Of a DNA stretch of 62,581 nucleotides, positions 18,224 through 25,966 are shown piece by piece. The notes beneath the pieces are model-generated. The model was not told the DNA's origin. It made no database searches and saw only the letters and a list, made by a program, of their open reading frames with translations. The DNA is from Rhodothermales bacterium (GTDB taxonomy: Bacteria > Bacteroidota > Rhodothermia > Rhodothermales > Bin80). Within the stretch, counting starts at the first letter, position 1, and every line of letters starts with the position of its first letter. The DNA is taken from positions 1 through 62,581 of the forward strand of contig JAJEFL010000009.1 in NCBI GenBank assembly GCA_022820435.1, given 5' to 3'. A program made the position numbers and the translations under genes.

Positions 18224-18685
18224 TTGTGGACAAATTTTTTGCTGGCGAAACCCGATGACAAAATAGAGCAGGTATACATGACGCGTATTTTCCTGTTATT
18301 CTCTATCATTATCGGCACAAGCGCCTGCAGTACATCTCAACCGATTACGTCTTCATCCGCTTTGGAAGGATTGTCCGAGGTCTATGATAAAGGTGCGGTG
18401 GATGATCCCCCTGAATTGATTGGGGGACACATGAAATTGCTGGGGCGTATCAGTTATCCCAGATCCTGCCGAAGAAGAGGAGGTGAGGGCCTTGTAGTTG
18501 TAGAGTTCGTCGTAGACAAACAAGGAAATATAGTTGAACCTTTAACGTATCAGGGGATTGATCGCAGTTGTGACAAAGCAGTAATTAGAGCCATGACGAA
18601 ACACGCCAGGTTTACTCCCGGCTATCTTGACGGTCGTGCAGTAAACGTAAAAATGATCTTTACATTTAACTTCAAATTATACTGA
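18224..18685 (+). CDS. TonB C-terminal domain lipoprotein
   Basis: A 153-aa maximal ORF; the likely start is MTRIFLLFSIIIGTSAC at ~18278. The TonB_C-like segment reads PPELIGG...YPRSCRRRGGEGLVVVEFVVDKQGNIV...FTPGYLDGRAVNVKMIFTFNF. Confidence 0.7.
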   Translation: MWTNFLLAKPDDKIEQVYMTRIFLLFSIIIGTSACSTSQPITSSSALEGLSEVYDKGAVDDPPELIGGHMKLLGRISYPRSCRRRGGEGLVVVEFVVDKQGNIVEPLTYQGIDRSCDKAVIRAMTKHARFTPGYLDGRAVNVKMIFTFNFKLY

Positions 18686-18750
18686 GTCACGAATTTCTCC
18701 ATGGATAAAGACAGATTTGGCGTGTGCACAAACACACGAATCAGATATAG

Positions 18751-18960
18751 CAGCCCGTGGATAAAGTATGATCACAGAATTAGACAGAATAACTGCGTGT
18801 CGTTAGACAGTCGTAGATGGCCAAATCATCTGTTTTTCGCCCTTTTTGAGACTCCAAGGGGCGAAAAACCGCTCTTCTATGGCTATTTTGAGCAGTCTAA
18901 TCTCCAAAGACCAGCCCGAAAAGCGTTCCTCAGATTTTTCTGGACTTTATCCACAGGCTG
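18751..18960 (+). mobile_element. MITE-like non-coding element, copy B (210 bp)
   Basis: The terminal inverted repeats are CAGCCCGTGGATAAAGT (18751..18767) and ACTTTATCCACAGGCTG (18944..18960), a 16/17 match. The element is flanked by ATAG on both sides (18747..18750 and 18961..18964), a candidate target-site duplication. An internal 10-bp stem forms between TTTTTCGCCC (18833..18842) and GGGCGAAAAA (18859..18868). Confidence 0.7.
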
Positions 18961-19160
18961 ATAGATGAAGGGGAATAAGCTATTCATCGAATCCAGGATG
19001 TCATGGACACTCCTGACACCATGGCTTAGTAGAATTTCAATCTATATGAGAATAGTTCTGTGCGCTGAAAACATGAGACCGCAGCCGGAATGTGATGGTA
19101 AGTTCGTTGTTTGTTACCATTCCCTGACAGGTTATTTTCTGACTCTTTGATCATCCTGTA

Positions 19161-20270
19161 TTGGTTTTTGTAATGGGACTGTTGTCTTTACTTTTTACGT
19201 TTGTATTTCAGGTGTCTCCGCTGACGGCCGGGAATGCGGACGCATCTGAATCCGTACGCATTGGAGTGGTCGGACTCGTTCATGGACATGCAGGCTGGAT
19301 CCTTGGACGGGAGGCGCGGGGAGATGTTGAGATTGTCGGGATCGCAGAATCCGATCACGAACTGGCCGAGCGTCACGCTGCGCGGTTCGGGTTCGATACC
19401 GGACTAGTCTATGCATCCGTTGAAGAGATGCTTACCGCGGCTCAGCCGGAGGCCATTACGGTTTTTACCAATATTTTCGATCATTTGGCGGTGACCAAAG
19501 CCGCCGCCGCACATGGCGTGCATGTGATGGTTGAAAAACCGCTGGCCATCTCCCTGGAGCATGCACAGCAAATGAAGGCGGTTGCAGATTCAGCAGGCAT
19601 CCATCTGCTGACCAATTATGAAACGACCTGGTATCCGAGCGTTCATTACGCCAAAGAATCGCTTGCCACACTCGGAGAATTACGCAAAATGGTGGTACGG
19701 GATGGCCATCCCGGTCCCATTGAGATTGGCGTGGGAGAGGAATTTTCTTCTTGGCTTCTAACCGAGGAGAAGAATGGAGGAGGGGCAATTACAGACTTCG
19801 GCTGCTATGGTGCGAACCTTATCGCCTGGTTTACAGGAGATCAGAGGCCTATCAGCGTAACGGCAGTGACGCAAATCTTCAAGCCAGACCCGCCTTATGG
19901 CCAAGTGGATGACGAAGCAACGATCATTGTGACCTATCCGTCCGCACAGGGAATTATCCAGGCATCCTGGAACTGGCCGTTCAATCGCAAGGACATGGAT
20001 GTCTACGGCACCGGCGGCTACATCTATACAGAAGATGCAACGAGCGGTACTGTCCGTCGTTCCGGTTCGGATCCAGAGCATTTTCAGTTACGCCCAAATC
20101 GGGAAAGTCCGTATGATGATCCGTTTGCATTTCTTGCAGCTGTAGTGCGTGGTGAGATTGATCCAGAGGGAAGCCTGTCTTCATTGTCCATCAATATGGT
20201 GGCAATGGAAATTCTTGATGCCGCCATTCAGTCTGCCAAGTCAGGGAATACCGTGATGCTGCCACGCTGA
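19161..20270 (+). CDS. Gfo/Idh/MocA family oxidoreductase, Sec-type signal
   Basis: A 369-aa ORF with a likely ATG at ~19173. Supporting motifs are MGLLSLLFTFVFQVSPLTAG, RIGVVGLVHGHAG and VEKPLA. Confidence 0.85.
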   Translation: MVFVMGLLSLLFTFVFQVSPLTAGNADASESVRIGVVGLVHGHAGWILGREARGDVEIVGIAESDHELAERHAARFGFDTGLVYASVEEMLTAAQPEAITVFTNIFDHLAVTKAAAAHGVHVMVEKPLAISLEHAQQMKAVADSAGIHLLTNYETTWYPSVHYAKESLATLGELRKMVVRDGHPGPIEIGVGEEFSSWLLTEEKNGGGAITDFGCYGANLIAWFTGDQRPISVTAVTQIFKPDPPYGQVDDEATIIVTYPSAQGIIQASWNWPFNRKDMDVYGTGGYIYTEDATSGTVRRSGSDPEHFQLRPNRESPYDDPFAFLAAVVRGEIDPEGSLSSLSINMVAMEILDAAIQSAKSGNTVMLPR

Positions 20271-20275
20271 TCAGA

Positions 20276-21424
20276 CTATCTGTTTGGCCAGTCAGGGGGA
20301 CGATATTCCTTGGGAACCTTGTCAGCAATACGCTCAAATGCATAGTAGCCGTACACGACGACACCGTACGGATCAATGACCTCGCCAGACTCATCAATCA
20401 GTGTGGGGCCTGAATTCAACTCCATAAAAGAGCGCTGATGCCCAGGGCGTTTCCAGGTTGGCTCACGCTGCCATTTCTTAAAACTCTCATCTTCGGATTC
20501 ATTGGTGTATGTGATCTCCAGTACACCATGAAAGGTGAGGTACTGCTCAAGCGGGGTAGGGCCGGGGTCCAGCAATTCGTTCGGATCCATTGCAAATCGG
20601 GCGCTATTGGACTCAAGAGAAAAGCGTCGATGTATCTCAAACCCTTCTTCCTGCGTCCGGCCTCTCAACAGTGAGAGCAGAAAGTGTCGCTGGGAACCAT
20701 AAAATGCCGCCTTCCGGTTCACCAGCCAACGCTGCCATTCGGCACTGTCTGCCGGGGTCAGTTCTGAAAAAGATGGCTCACCGTCATATTTGATGGTATT
20801 GCCGTAGTAAAAAAATTCCTTCAGGTAATACTGGAGTCGGTAACCAAGAGCACGATTTTCTATGATCAGAGGTTCATTTGCAGTCGCTGATAATTTTCCG
20901 AGACGACTTGTAAAACTCAGGGCCTCGGGGTTGATAATGGTGCTCAACGTACTGTTGTTGGTTTCCCCTAAAAAGAGACGTGTAAATTTACTCAGACGAC
21001 GTTGCCACCTGCGGGCCAGCCGGGCATTCACCACCACCTCTTCCAATTCAATCGTCGTAGGTTTCAAGTTCAGATCAAGTTCATAGTTCGTACTGCTCCT
21101 TAAAAGAGTATCTATTGTGGCGGGCTCATAGCCCAGCATGGTGACAACAATCCGATGAGCGCCGGCAGGGAGATCTTCCAGAATGAACTGCCCGTCATCG
21201 TCCGTCGCCGTTCCAATGAGGGACGAAGCAATAAAGACATGAGCATCCCGCAAACCTCGCTGAGAGGTACTGTCGATGACCGTACCTCTTAGCACAATAT
21301 TCTGCCCAGATACAAGTGTACAAGGTGTGAGCAGCAGCAGATAGATAAGTCCACTAAAAATTGTCGCCCTGATTCCAGGGGCGAAATTCTTTCGGCATTG
21401 CATCTGCTGTACGTTCATATCCAA
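20276..21424 (-). CDS. Carboxypeptidase-regulatory-like (CarboxypepD_reg) domain protein
   Basis: A 382-aa ORF. The signal peptide is followed by LRGTVIDSTSQRGLRDAHVFIASSLIGTATDDDGQFILEDLPAGAHRIVVTMLGYEP. The C-terminal ~270 aa are shared with the neighbouring paralogue. Confidence 0.75.
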   Translation of the reverse strand: MDMNVQQMQCRKNFAPGIRATIFSGLIYLLLLTPCTLVSGQNIVLRGTVIDSTSQRGLRDAHVFIASSLIGTATDDDGQFILEDLPAGAHRIVVTMLGYEPATIDTLLRSSTNYELDLNLKPTTIELEEVVVNARLARRWQRRLSKFTRLFLGETNNSTLSTIINPEALSFTSRLGKLSATANEPLIIENRALGYRLQYYLKEFFYYGNTIKYDGEPSFSELTPADSAEWQRWLVNRKAAFYGSQRHFLLSLLRGRTQEEGFEIHRRFSLESNSARFAMDPNELLDPGPTPLEQYLTFHGVLEITYTNESEDESFKKWQREPTWKRPGHQRSFMELNSGPTLIDESGEVIDPYGVVVYGYYAFERIADKVPKEYRPPDWPNR

Positions 21425-22550
21425 AATATCCCCCGTAAAAGGTTACACCATAGGGATCCAGGGGATCTCCCTTCAGGTCAACAACCGTCGGCCCCCGATC
21501 AAGGCGGATTGTCGAGGTCTGATAGCGTGGGCGGCTTCGCCCGCGTCGCTGTAATTGAAGATAGGCCTGACTTTCAAGTTCGTGCGTGTAGACGATATCA
21601 ATGTAGCCCTTAAAGTCAAGGATCCGCTCGTCATCGTTTTCCCCAGGGCGGATAATTTCGGATGCTTTGAGGGGAAAGCGGTTTTCCTGCCTGGCGGCCG
21701 CGCCACCTCTTGGGTCTATCATACGCTGATTGGAACCCGGTTTGGAATAAATCTTAAATCCCTGCTCGTCCACCTGATCATTGAGCACGGCCAGAAGGAA
21801 ATGCCGGAAGGATCCATAGAATGCGGAATCCCGTCGTGCACTCCACTGGGCGGCTTCTTCGGGGCTGGATGGATGCAACGGCTCAAATAATGGCTCCCCG
21901 TCCCAGCGCCAGCTGTTGGGTTCAGAGACAAATTCTTCCAGGAAGTAGGTGAGTTTATAGCCGAGGCCTCGATTCTCAATAACAAGAGGTTCATTTGCCT
22001 GTGCCCTGAATTCTCCGCCCCGCCCCGAAAAATCCAGAACATCGGGATTCGTGATGACCGTCTGCTGTGCATTTGGACTGACACCGATAAAGATTTCCGT
22101 GAATCGTTCCAGTTGGCGCTGCCATCTTCGGTTATTACTTGTAACGGTGATGGACCCTAGTTCATAAATTTTCTCGGTGATCTGAAAGTCCTGTGTGTAT
22201 ACGCGTGCTTCGCGCAGAAAGAGATCCACATGACTGGGTTCATAGCCGGTGCGGGATACAACAAGACGTAATGTTCCCAGGGGGATGCCCCGCAAGGTAT
22301 AGTTGCCATCGCTGTTTGTGGTGGTTCCTGCCATTGAGGAGGCAATGAATACGTTCACATCTGCAATCGGCATTCCCGTCGTGTCGGTCACGGTGCCCGT
22401 GATGGTTGCGGCGGTCTGTGCACCTGCAAGGTGGGCAGAAAAGAGAAAGAGTATATAAACAGGGAGATGTTTCAGGATCAGCATCGTTCTATGGAGACTA
22501 TGCTTTGTAGAATTCCACTCCGCGCCCGGCCATATCAGCCACGCGTTCAA
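21354..22550 (-). CDS. Carboxypeptidase-regulatory-like (CarboxypepD_reg) domain protein, tandem paralogue
   Basis: A 398-aa maximal ORF; the likely start is MLILKHLPVYILFLFSAHLAGAQ at ~22484. The domain motif is ITGTVTDTTGMPIADVNVFIASSMAGTTTNSDGNYTLRGIPLGTLRLVVSRTGYEP. Confidence 0.75.
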   Translation of the reverse strand: MNAWLIWPGAEWNSTKHSLHRTMLILKHLPVYILFLFSAHLAGAQTAATITGTVTDTTGMPIADVNVFIASSMAGTTTNSDGNYTLRGIPLGTLRLVVSRTGYEPSHVDLFLREARVYTQDFQITEKIYELGSITVTSNNRRWQRQLERFTEIFIGVSPNAQQTVITNPDVLDFSGRGGEFRAQANEPLVIENRGLGYKLTYFLEEFVSEPNSWRWDGEPLFEPLHPSSPEEAAQWSARRDSAFYGSFRHFLLAVLNDQVDEQGFKIYSKPGSNQRMIDPRGGAAARQENRFPLKASEIIRPGENDDERILDFKGYIDIVYTHELESQAYLQLQRRGRSRPRYQTSTIRLDRGPTVVDLKGDPLDPYGVTFYGGYFGYERTADAMPKEFRPWNQGDNF

Positions 22551-23523
22551 TGAGTTCTATTCGTTTCTTTTCGGAGAGGCCGGAAAACGTATGTGCCAAA
22601 GAAATCTTTTCTTCCAGCTGCTCAACATTATCCGGGCCGGTTACAATTACGCTGACGGGCAGAGACCACACAAAATGGAGAGCTTCCTGGATGGAGAGGT
22701 GGTCCGGCACGATCTTCGGCCGGTCTCCGTGTTGACCATGAGAGGAACCGCCAAAAAATCCACCATTGGCAAGTGTCTTCATGGCAATCACCCCCATGTT
22801 GCGTTCAATCACGACAGGCATCACCGTTCGGGTGAAGCTTTTGTAGCTTACATCAGCCACGTTAATCGGGCATTGGACACAATGGAAGATGTCCGTTAAA
22901 TCCAGCAGGTGACGGTGAGCAGCGGGGTCCGTATGTCCGGTAAAGCCTATATGCCGTGTCTTTCCTTCCGCAAGTGCCTGCTCCATCACATCAAGGACCC
23001 CTTCACGGATTCGGCGGTCTACATCCTGTGGGCTGGTAATGGCATGCATCTGCCATAAATCCAGATAACCGGTATTGAGCCGCCTCAATGTTTCTTCAAG
23101 ATGCCTGCGGGCTCCTTTAGCAGTCGTTGCAGTTGTCTTGGACATCAGGTAAACTTTCTCACGGTATTTCGGGACGAGAAATTCTCCAAGGTACCGTTCA
23201 CTTCCGCCATTCTGATAGGATTCGGCGGAATCAAAAAAACGGATTCCGCCTTCCATTGCGGCTTCAATTGTGGCCTGGGCATTTTGCGCATTCATCCGTC
23301 CGATATGCCATCCGCCCAGACCCAGCATGGTGACCTCTTCGTTCGTGCGGCCAAAGGCGCGAAGGGGCAACTCACCGGAACGGGCCGGTGACCGTGGGTG
23401 AATGAATCCGGCGGATCCGGCAGCAAGGATCCACTGAACAAAATCTCTTCGATTCATGACTGAGTTATTTGATTGGATTCCAGGGCCATTGCACGCAGGA
23501 TTGGACATCTGGAAAAAGTACAA
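22498..23523 (-). CDS. Aldo/keto reductase, Tat-signal
   Basis: A 341-aa maximal ORF; the likely start is MNRRDFVQWILAAGSAGF at ~23457. AKR motifs are LGLGGWHIG, FFDSAESYQNGGSE, YLDLWQMH and IGFTGH. Confidence 0.9.
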   Translation of the reverse strand: MYFFQMSNPACNGPGIQSNNSVMNRRDFVQWILAAGSAGFIHPRSPARSGELPLRAFGRTNEEVTMLGLGGWHIGRMNAQNAQATIEAAMEGGIRFFDSAESYQNGGSERYLGEFLVPKYREKVYLMSKTTATTAKGARRHLEETLRRLNTGYLDLWQMHAITSPQDVDRRIREGVLDVMEQALAEGKTRHIGFTGHTDPAAHRHLLDLTDIFHCVQCPINVADVSYKSFTRTVMPVVIERNMGVIAMKTLANGGFFGGSSHGQHGDRPKIVPDHLSIQEALHFVWSLPVSVIVTGPDNVEQLEEKISLAHTFSGLSEKKRIELIERVADMAGRGVEFYKA

Positions 23524-23887
23524 TATCGGCGTTTCCTTTCAGTGCCATGGTTGTAATTACAGTCTGTGGCAGCATGTTTCTTGCGGTTTGCAATGTCTTG
23601 CCGGAAACCACCACATCATCAACCAGAAGGATCTTTTTTGTTCCTGCCGGTGTCGAAAACGGCGCATACAACTGGGGACTTGAATGTACTGGAGCATGAT
23701 CGGATCCCCGATAATTGAGCCAGATGATGCACATTGAACATCTTAATTCATATGCGGCCATGGCGGCTGGCACGACTCCACCGGATCCAATTCCAATAAC
23801 TAGATCAACGTCAGGAAGTTGGGTGTTCCGCAGAGTCTCTGCAATGGATTCAAATGCAATCGCGGGAAGATGGGTTTTTGCAGCCAT
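23465..23887 (-). CDS. Phosphoribosyltransferase family protein
   Basis: A 140-aa ORF with the PRPP-binding motif ILLVDDVVVSGKTL, plus GIGSGGVVPAA. Confidence 0.8.
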   Translation of the reverse strand: MAAKTHLPAIAFESIAETLRNTQLPDVDLVIGIGSGGVVPAAMAAYELRCSMCIIWLNYRGSDHAPVHSSPQLYAPFSTPAGTKKILLVDDVVVSGKTLQTARNMLPQTVITTMALKGNADIVLFPDVQSCVQWPWNPIK

Positions 23888-24296
23888 GATTTTTGGGTTG
23901 AGGGTGATTGATTACAGCAAGGCGATCACGAGTACGCAACGTAATTGTGATGAATATAAAAACTGTTCCCTTTTGTCAATCCTGCCAAAAACGTGCCATG
24001 GATCACCTTTGTCTGTGACCGGCTGCCCCGAATTGAGAGTTCTCTCCAGCAGGACAGGTCTGAAAATTTTCAGGTGCAATCCCCAAACCGTCGAAGTCAG
24101 GATAGGAAGGAGAATGGGCATATCGTCCCTTTTTCCTGCCTTCGGAGAGGCCAAACCTTCCGATGTTCAGACTCGTCAATGCATGCCGGACTGCAAATCG
24201 ACAAAAACCATCGAAAAAATTGAACCCGGAGTCTGCTCCCAAAACCTTGTCCCTGAAAACCGCGTATTCTGCAGCTGGTATCGTATTTATGCACAA

Positions 24297-25715
24297 TCAG
24301 GGAAAAATTCCACTTCGGAGATACCCCTGGGCAATTTTGTCAATGGCATTGATGAAGGCACCGGTGCGCAGATCCGTATTATGAGTGCGGGCGGTTTCAT
24401 GGATTTCGTGATAGGCACCGACCATTGTGTCCTCTAGTCCAGAGTCTACGAGATCGGCTTCACTGGCCCCAAATGCCAGATTGGATTCAATGTTTGAGAT
24501 CGTGTCGGGGTCAAAATTTTTCCCAATGAGGCCCTGTACAGTTTCTAGAATTTGCAGGGCATTGTGCGCTTCGCGGCGCCGGCTCATCCGTCCGTGCCGT
24601 ACATGGGACAGGTTGCGGAGCCATTCAAAATAGGAAACCGTCACCCCGCCTGCATTCAGATACACATCCGGGATCACCACGACCCCATTGTCGATCAGCC
24701 ACTGGTCGGCAGCAGAGGTGATGGGGCCGTTGGCCGCCTCTGCGACAATCTTCGCTCGGATTCGGCTTACGTTATCGCTTCGGATTTGACTCTCCAGAGC
24801 GGCCGGAACCAGAATGTCACATTCCTGCTCAAGGATTTTACTGGAATCAGTAAAATTTTTCGCATCGGGAAAATTGAGCGTTGATCTGGTCTCCTTTCGA
24901 TGGGCGACCACATCCGCTAGTCGGAGCCCCTCGGGATTGTACAGGCCGCCGTCATACTCTGCGATGCCAATAATTTTTGCCCCCGCCTGTTCAAGGTACA
25001 GCGCCGCATGATAGCCCACATTGCCCAGTCCCTGAATGATCACATGTTTCCCCTCCAGTCCGGTACGGAGTCCGAGCGCATCCATATCTTCTTCAATGCT
25101 GCATGCTTCACGGATCCCAAAGAAAACCCCGCGACCGGTTGCCTCTGTGCGCCCGCGAACCCCTCCCATTCCAACCGGTTTGCCAGTCACGCACGCCAGA
25201 GCATCCAGCGGGTTATTTGCGACGGAACGGTAGGTATCAAAAATCCAGCTCATTTCGGTGCTGGTTGTGCCGTAGTCTGGTGCAGGCACATCCACCCCGG
25301 GGCCAATGAAATTTTTCTTTGTCAGTTCAAAGGTGTATCGCCTCGTGATCCGCTCCAGTTCCGCCTGAGAGTAGTTTTGCCGATTAATACAGATTCCTCC
25401 CTTTGCGCCGCCGTACGGCACATCTACGATGGCGCACTTATAAGACATGAGTGCTGCCAGGGCCATGACCTCGTCCGCATTGACGGAGGGAGCATAACGT
25501 ATCCCTCCCTTGGTCGGCTGCATATGGTGACTGTGTTCGGCGCGGTAGGCATTGATGACATCAATACTTCCATTATCCCGTACAAGCGGGAAACTCATGT
25601 GATAGACGCTGTTGCAACTTTTAATTTGCGCAAGCAATCCTGGAGAGTGACTGGTGTATTTTGCTGCGCGGGCAAACATCTTGTTGACTTCAGCAAAGAA
25701 AGAATTTTGATGCAT
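24297..25715 (-). CDS. Glu/Leu/Phe/Val dehydrogenase (glutamate dehydrogenase)
   Basis: A 472-aa ORF. It has the catalytic-region motif TKGGIRYAPSVNADEV...VDVPYGGAKGGI and the dinucleotide fold IIQGLGNVGYHAA. Confidence 0.9.
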   Translation of the reverse strand: MHQNSFFAEVNKMFARAAKYTSHSPGLLAQIKSCNSVYHMSFPLVRDNGSIDVINAYRAEHSHHMQPTKGGIRYAPSVNADEVMALAALMSYKCAIVDVPYGGAKGGICINRQNYSQAELERITRRYTFELTKKNFIGPGVDVPAPDYGTTSTEMSWIFDTYRSVANNPLDALACVTGKPVGMGGVRGRTEATGRGVFFGIREACSIEEDMDALGLRTGLEGKHVIIQGLGNVGYHAALYLEQAGAKIIGIAEYDGGLYNPEGLRLADVVAHRKETRSTLNFPDAKNFTDSSKILEQECDILVPAALESQIRSDNVSRIRAKIVAEAANGPITSAADQWLIDNGVVVIPDVYLNAGGVTVSYFEWLRNLSHVRHGRMSRRREAHNALQILETVQGLIGKNFDPDTISNIESNLAFGASEADLVDSGLEDTMVGAYHEIHETARTHNTDLRTGAFINAIDKIAQGYLRSGIFP

Positions 25716-25966
25716 GGATTTTTTTGTTGATCAGGGTTGTTTGGAAGCGCTTCCAATATTGCCAATATTAATACATTCGAAGGTTAATTAGGTTGCTTTT
25801 TCATCCCGTCAGGGATGTTGCCGAAAAAATAATCATGGAGAAGAACGGAAGGGGGTATGTACTCAGATCTACGATAAGAATGCTATATTAATAGGGGAAT
25901 AGCAGCAGGTTCCGATACCATGCGATCTGAAGAAGCACGATTTACGAAAACAAACCGCCCGATTAC

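Noticed and set aside
18686-19160. A cluster of DnaA-box-like 9-mers (a perfect TTATCCACA at 18948, with near-matches at 18705, 18757 and 18224, and around 9967-10180), suggesting a replication origin.
   Set aside because: The best boxes are the terminal inverted repeats of the MITE and recur symmetrically in both copies. There is no adjacent dnaA/dnaN and no obvious AT-rich unwinding element. It is kept only as a side note in a finding.
23888-24100. A possible purine-type riboswitch in the 5' leader of the phosphoribosyltransferase gene.
   Set aside because: Reading the minus-strand leader, I found none of the conserved purine-riboswitch junction or loop sequences.
24003-24296. A 97-aa minus-strand ORF immediately downstream of GDH, whose TIPAAEYAVF segment resembles the GyrI-like/AraC effector-binding domain.
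   Set aside because: Only one short motif matches and the N-terminal half of such a domain is missing. That is not enough to call a gene or a pseudogene without a profile search.
23715-24437. A 240-aa plus-strand ORF spanning the phosphoribosyltransferase/GDH intergenic region.
   Set aside because: It overlaps two well-supported minus-strand genes at both ends and has no recognisable motifs. It is probably a chance ORF.
25008-25730. A 240-aa plus-strand ORF antisense to glutamate dehydrogenase; similarly, 5423..6109 (-) lies antisense to the TIM-barrel gene.
   Set aside because: Each lies entirely inside a strongly supported gene on the other strand and has no motifs of its own.
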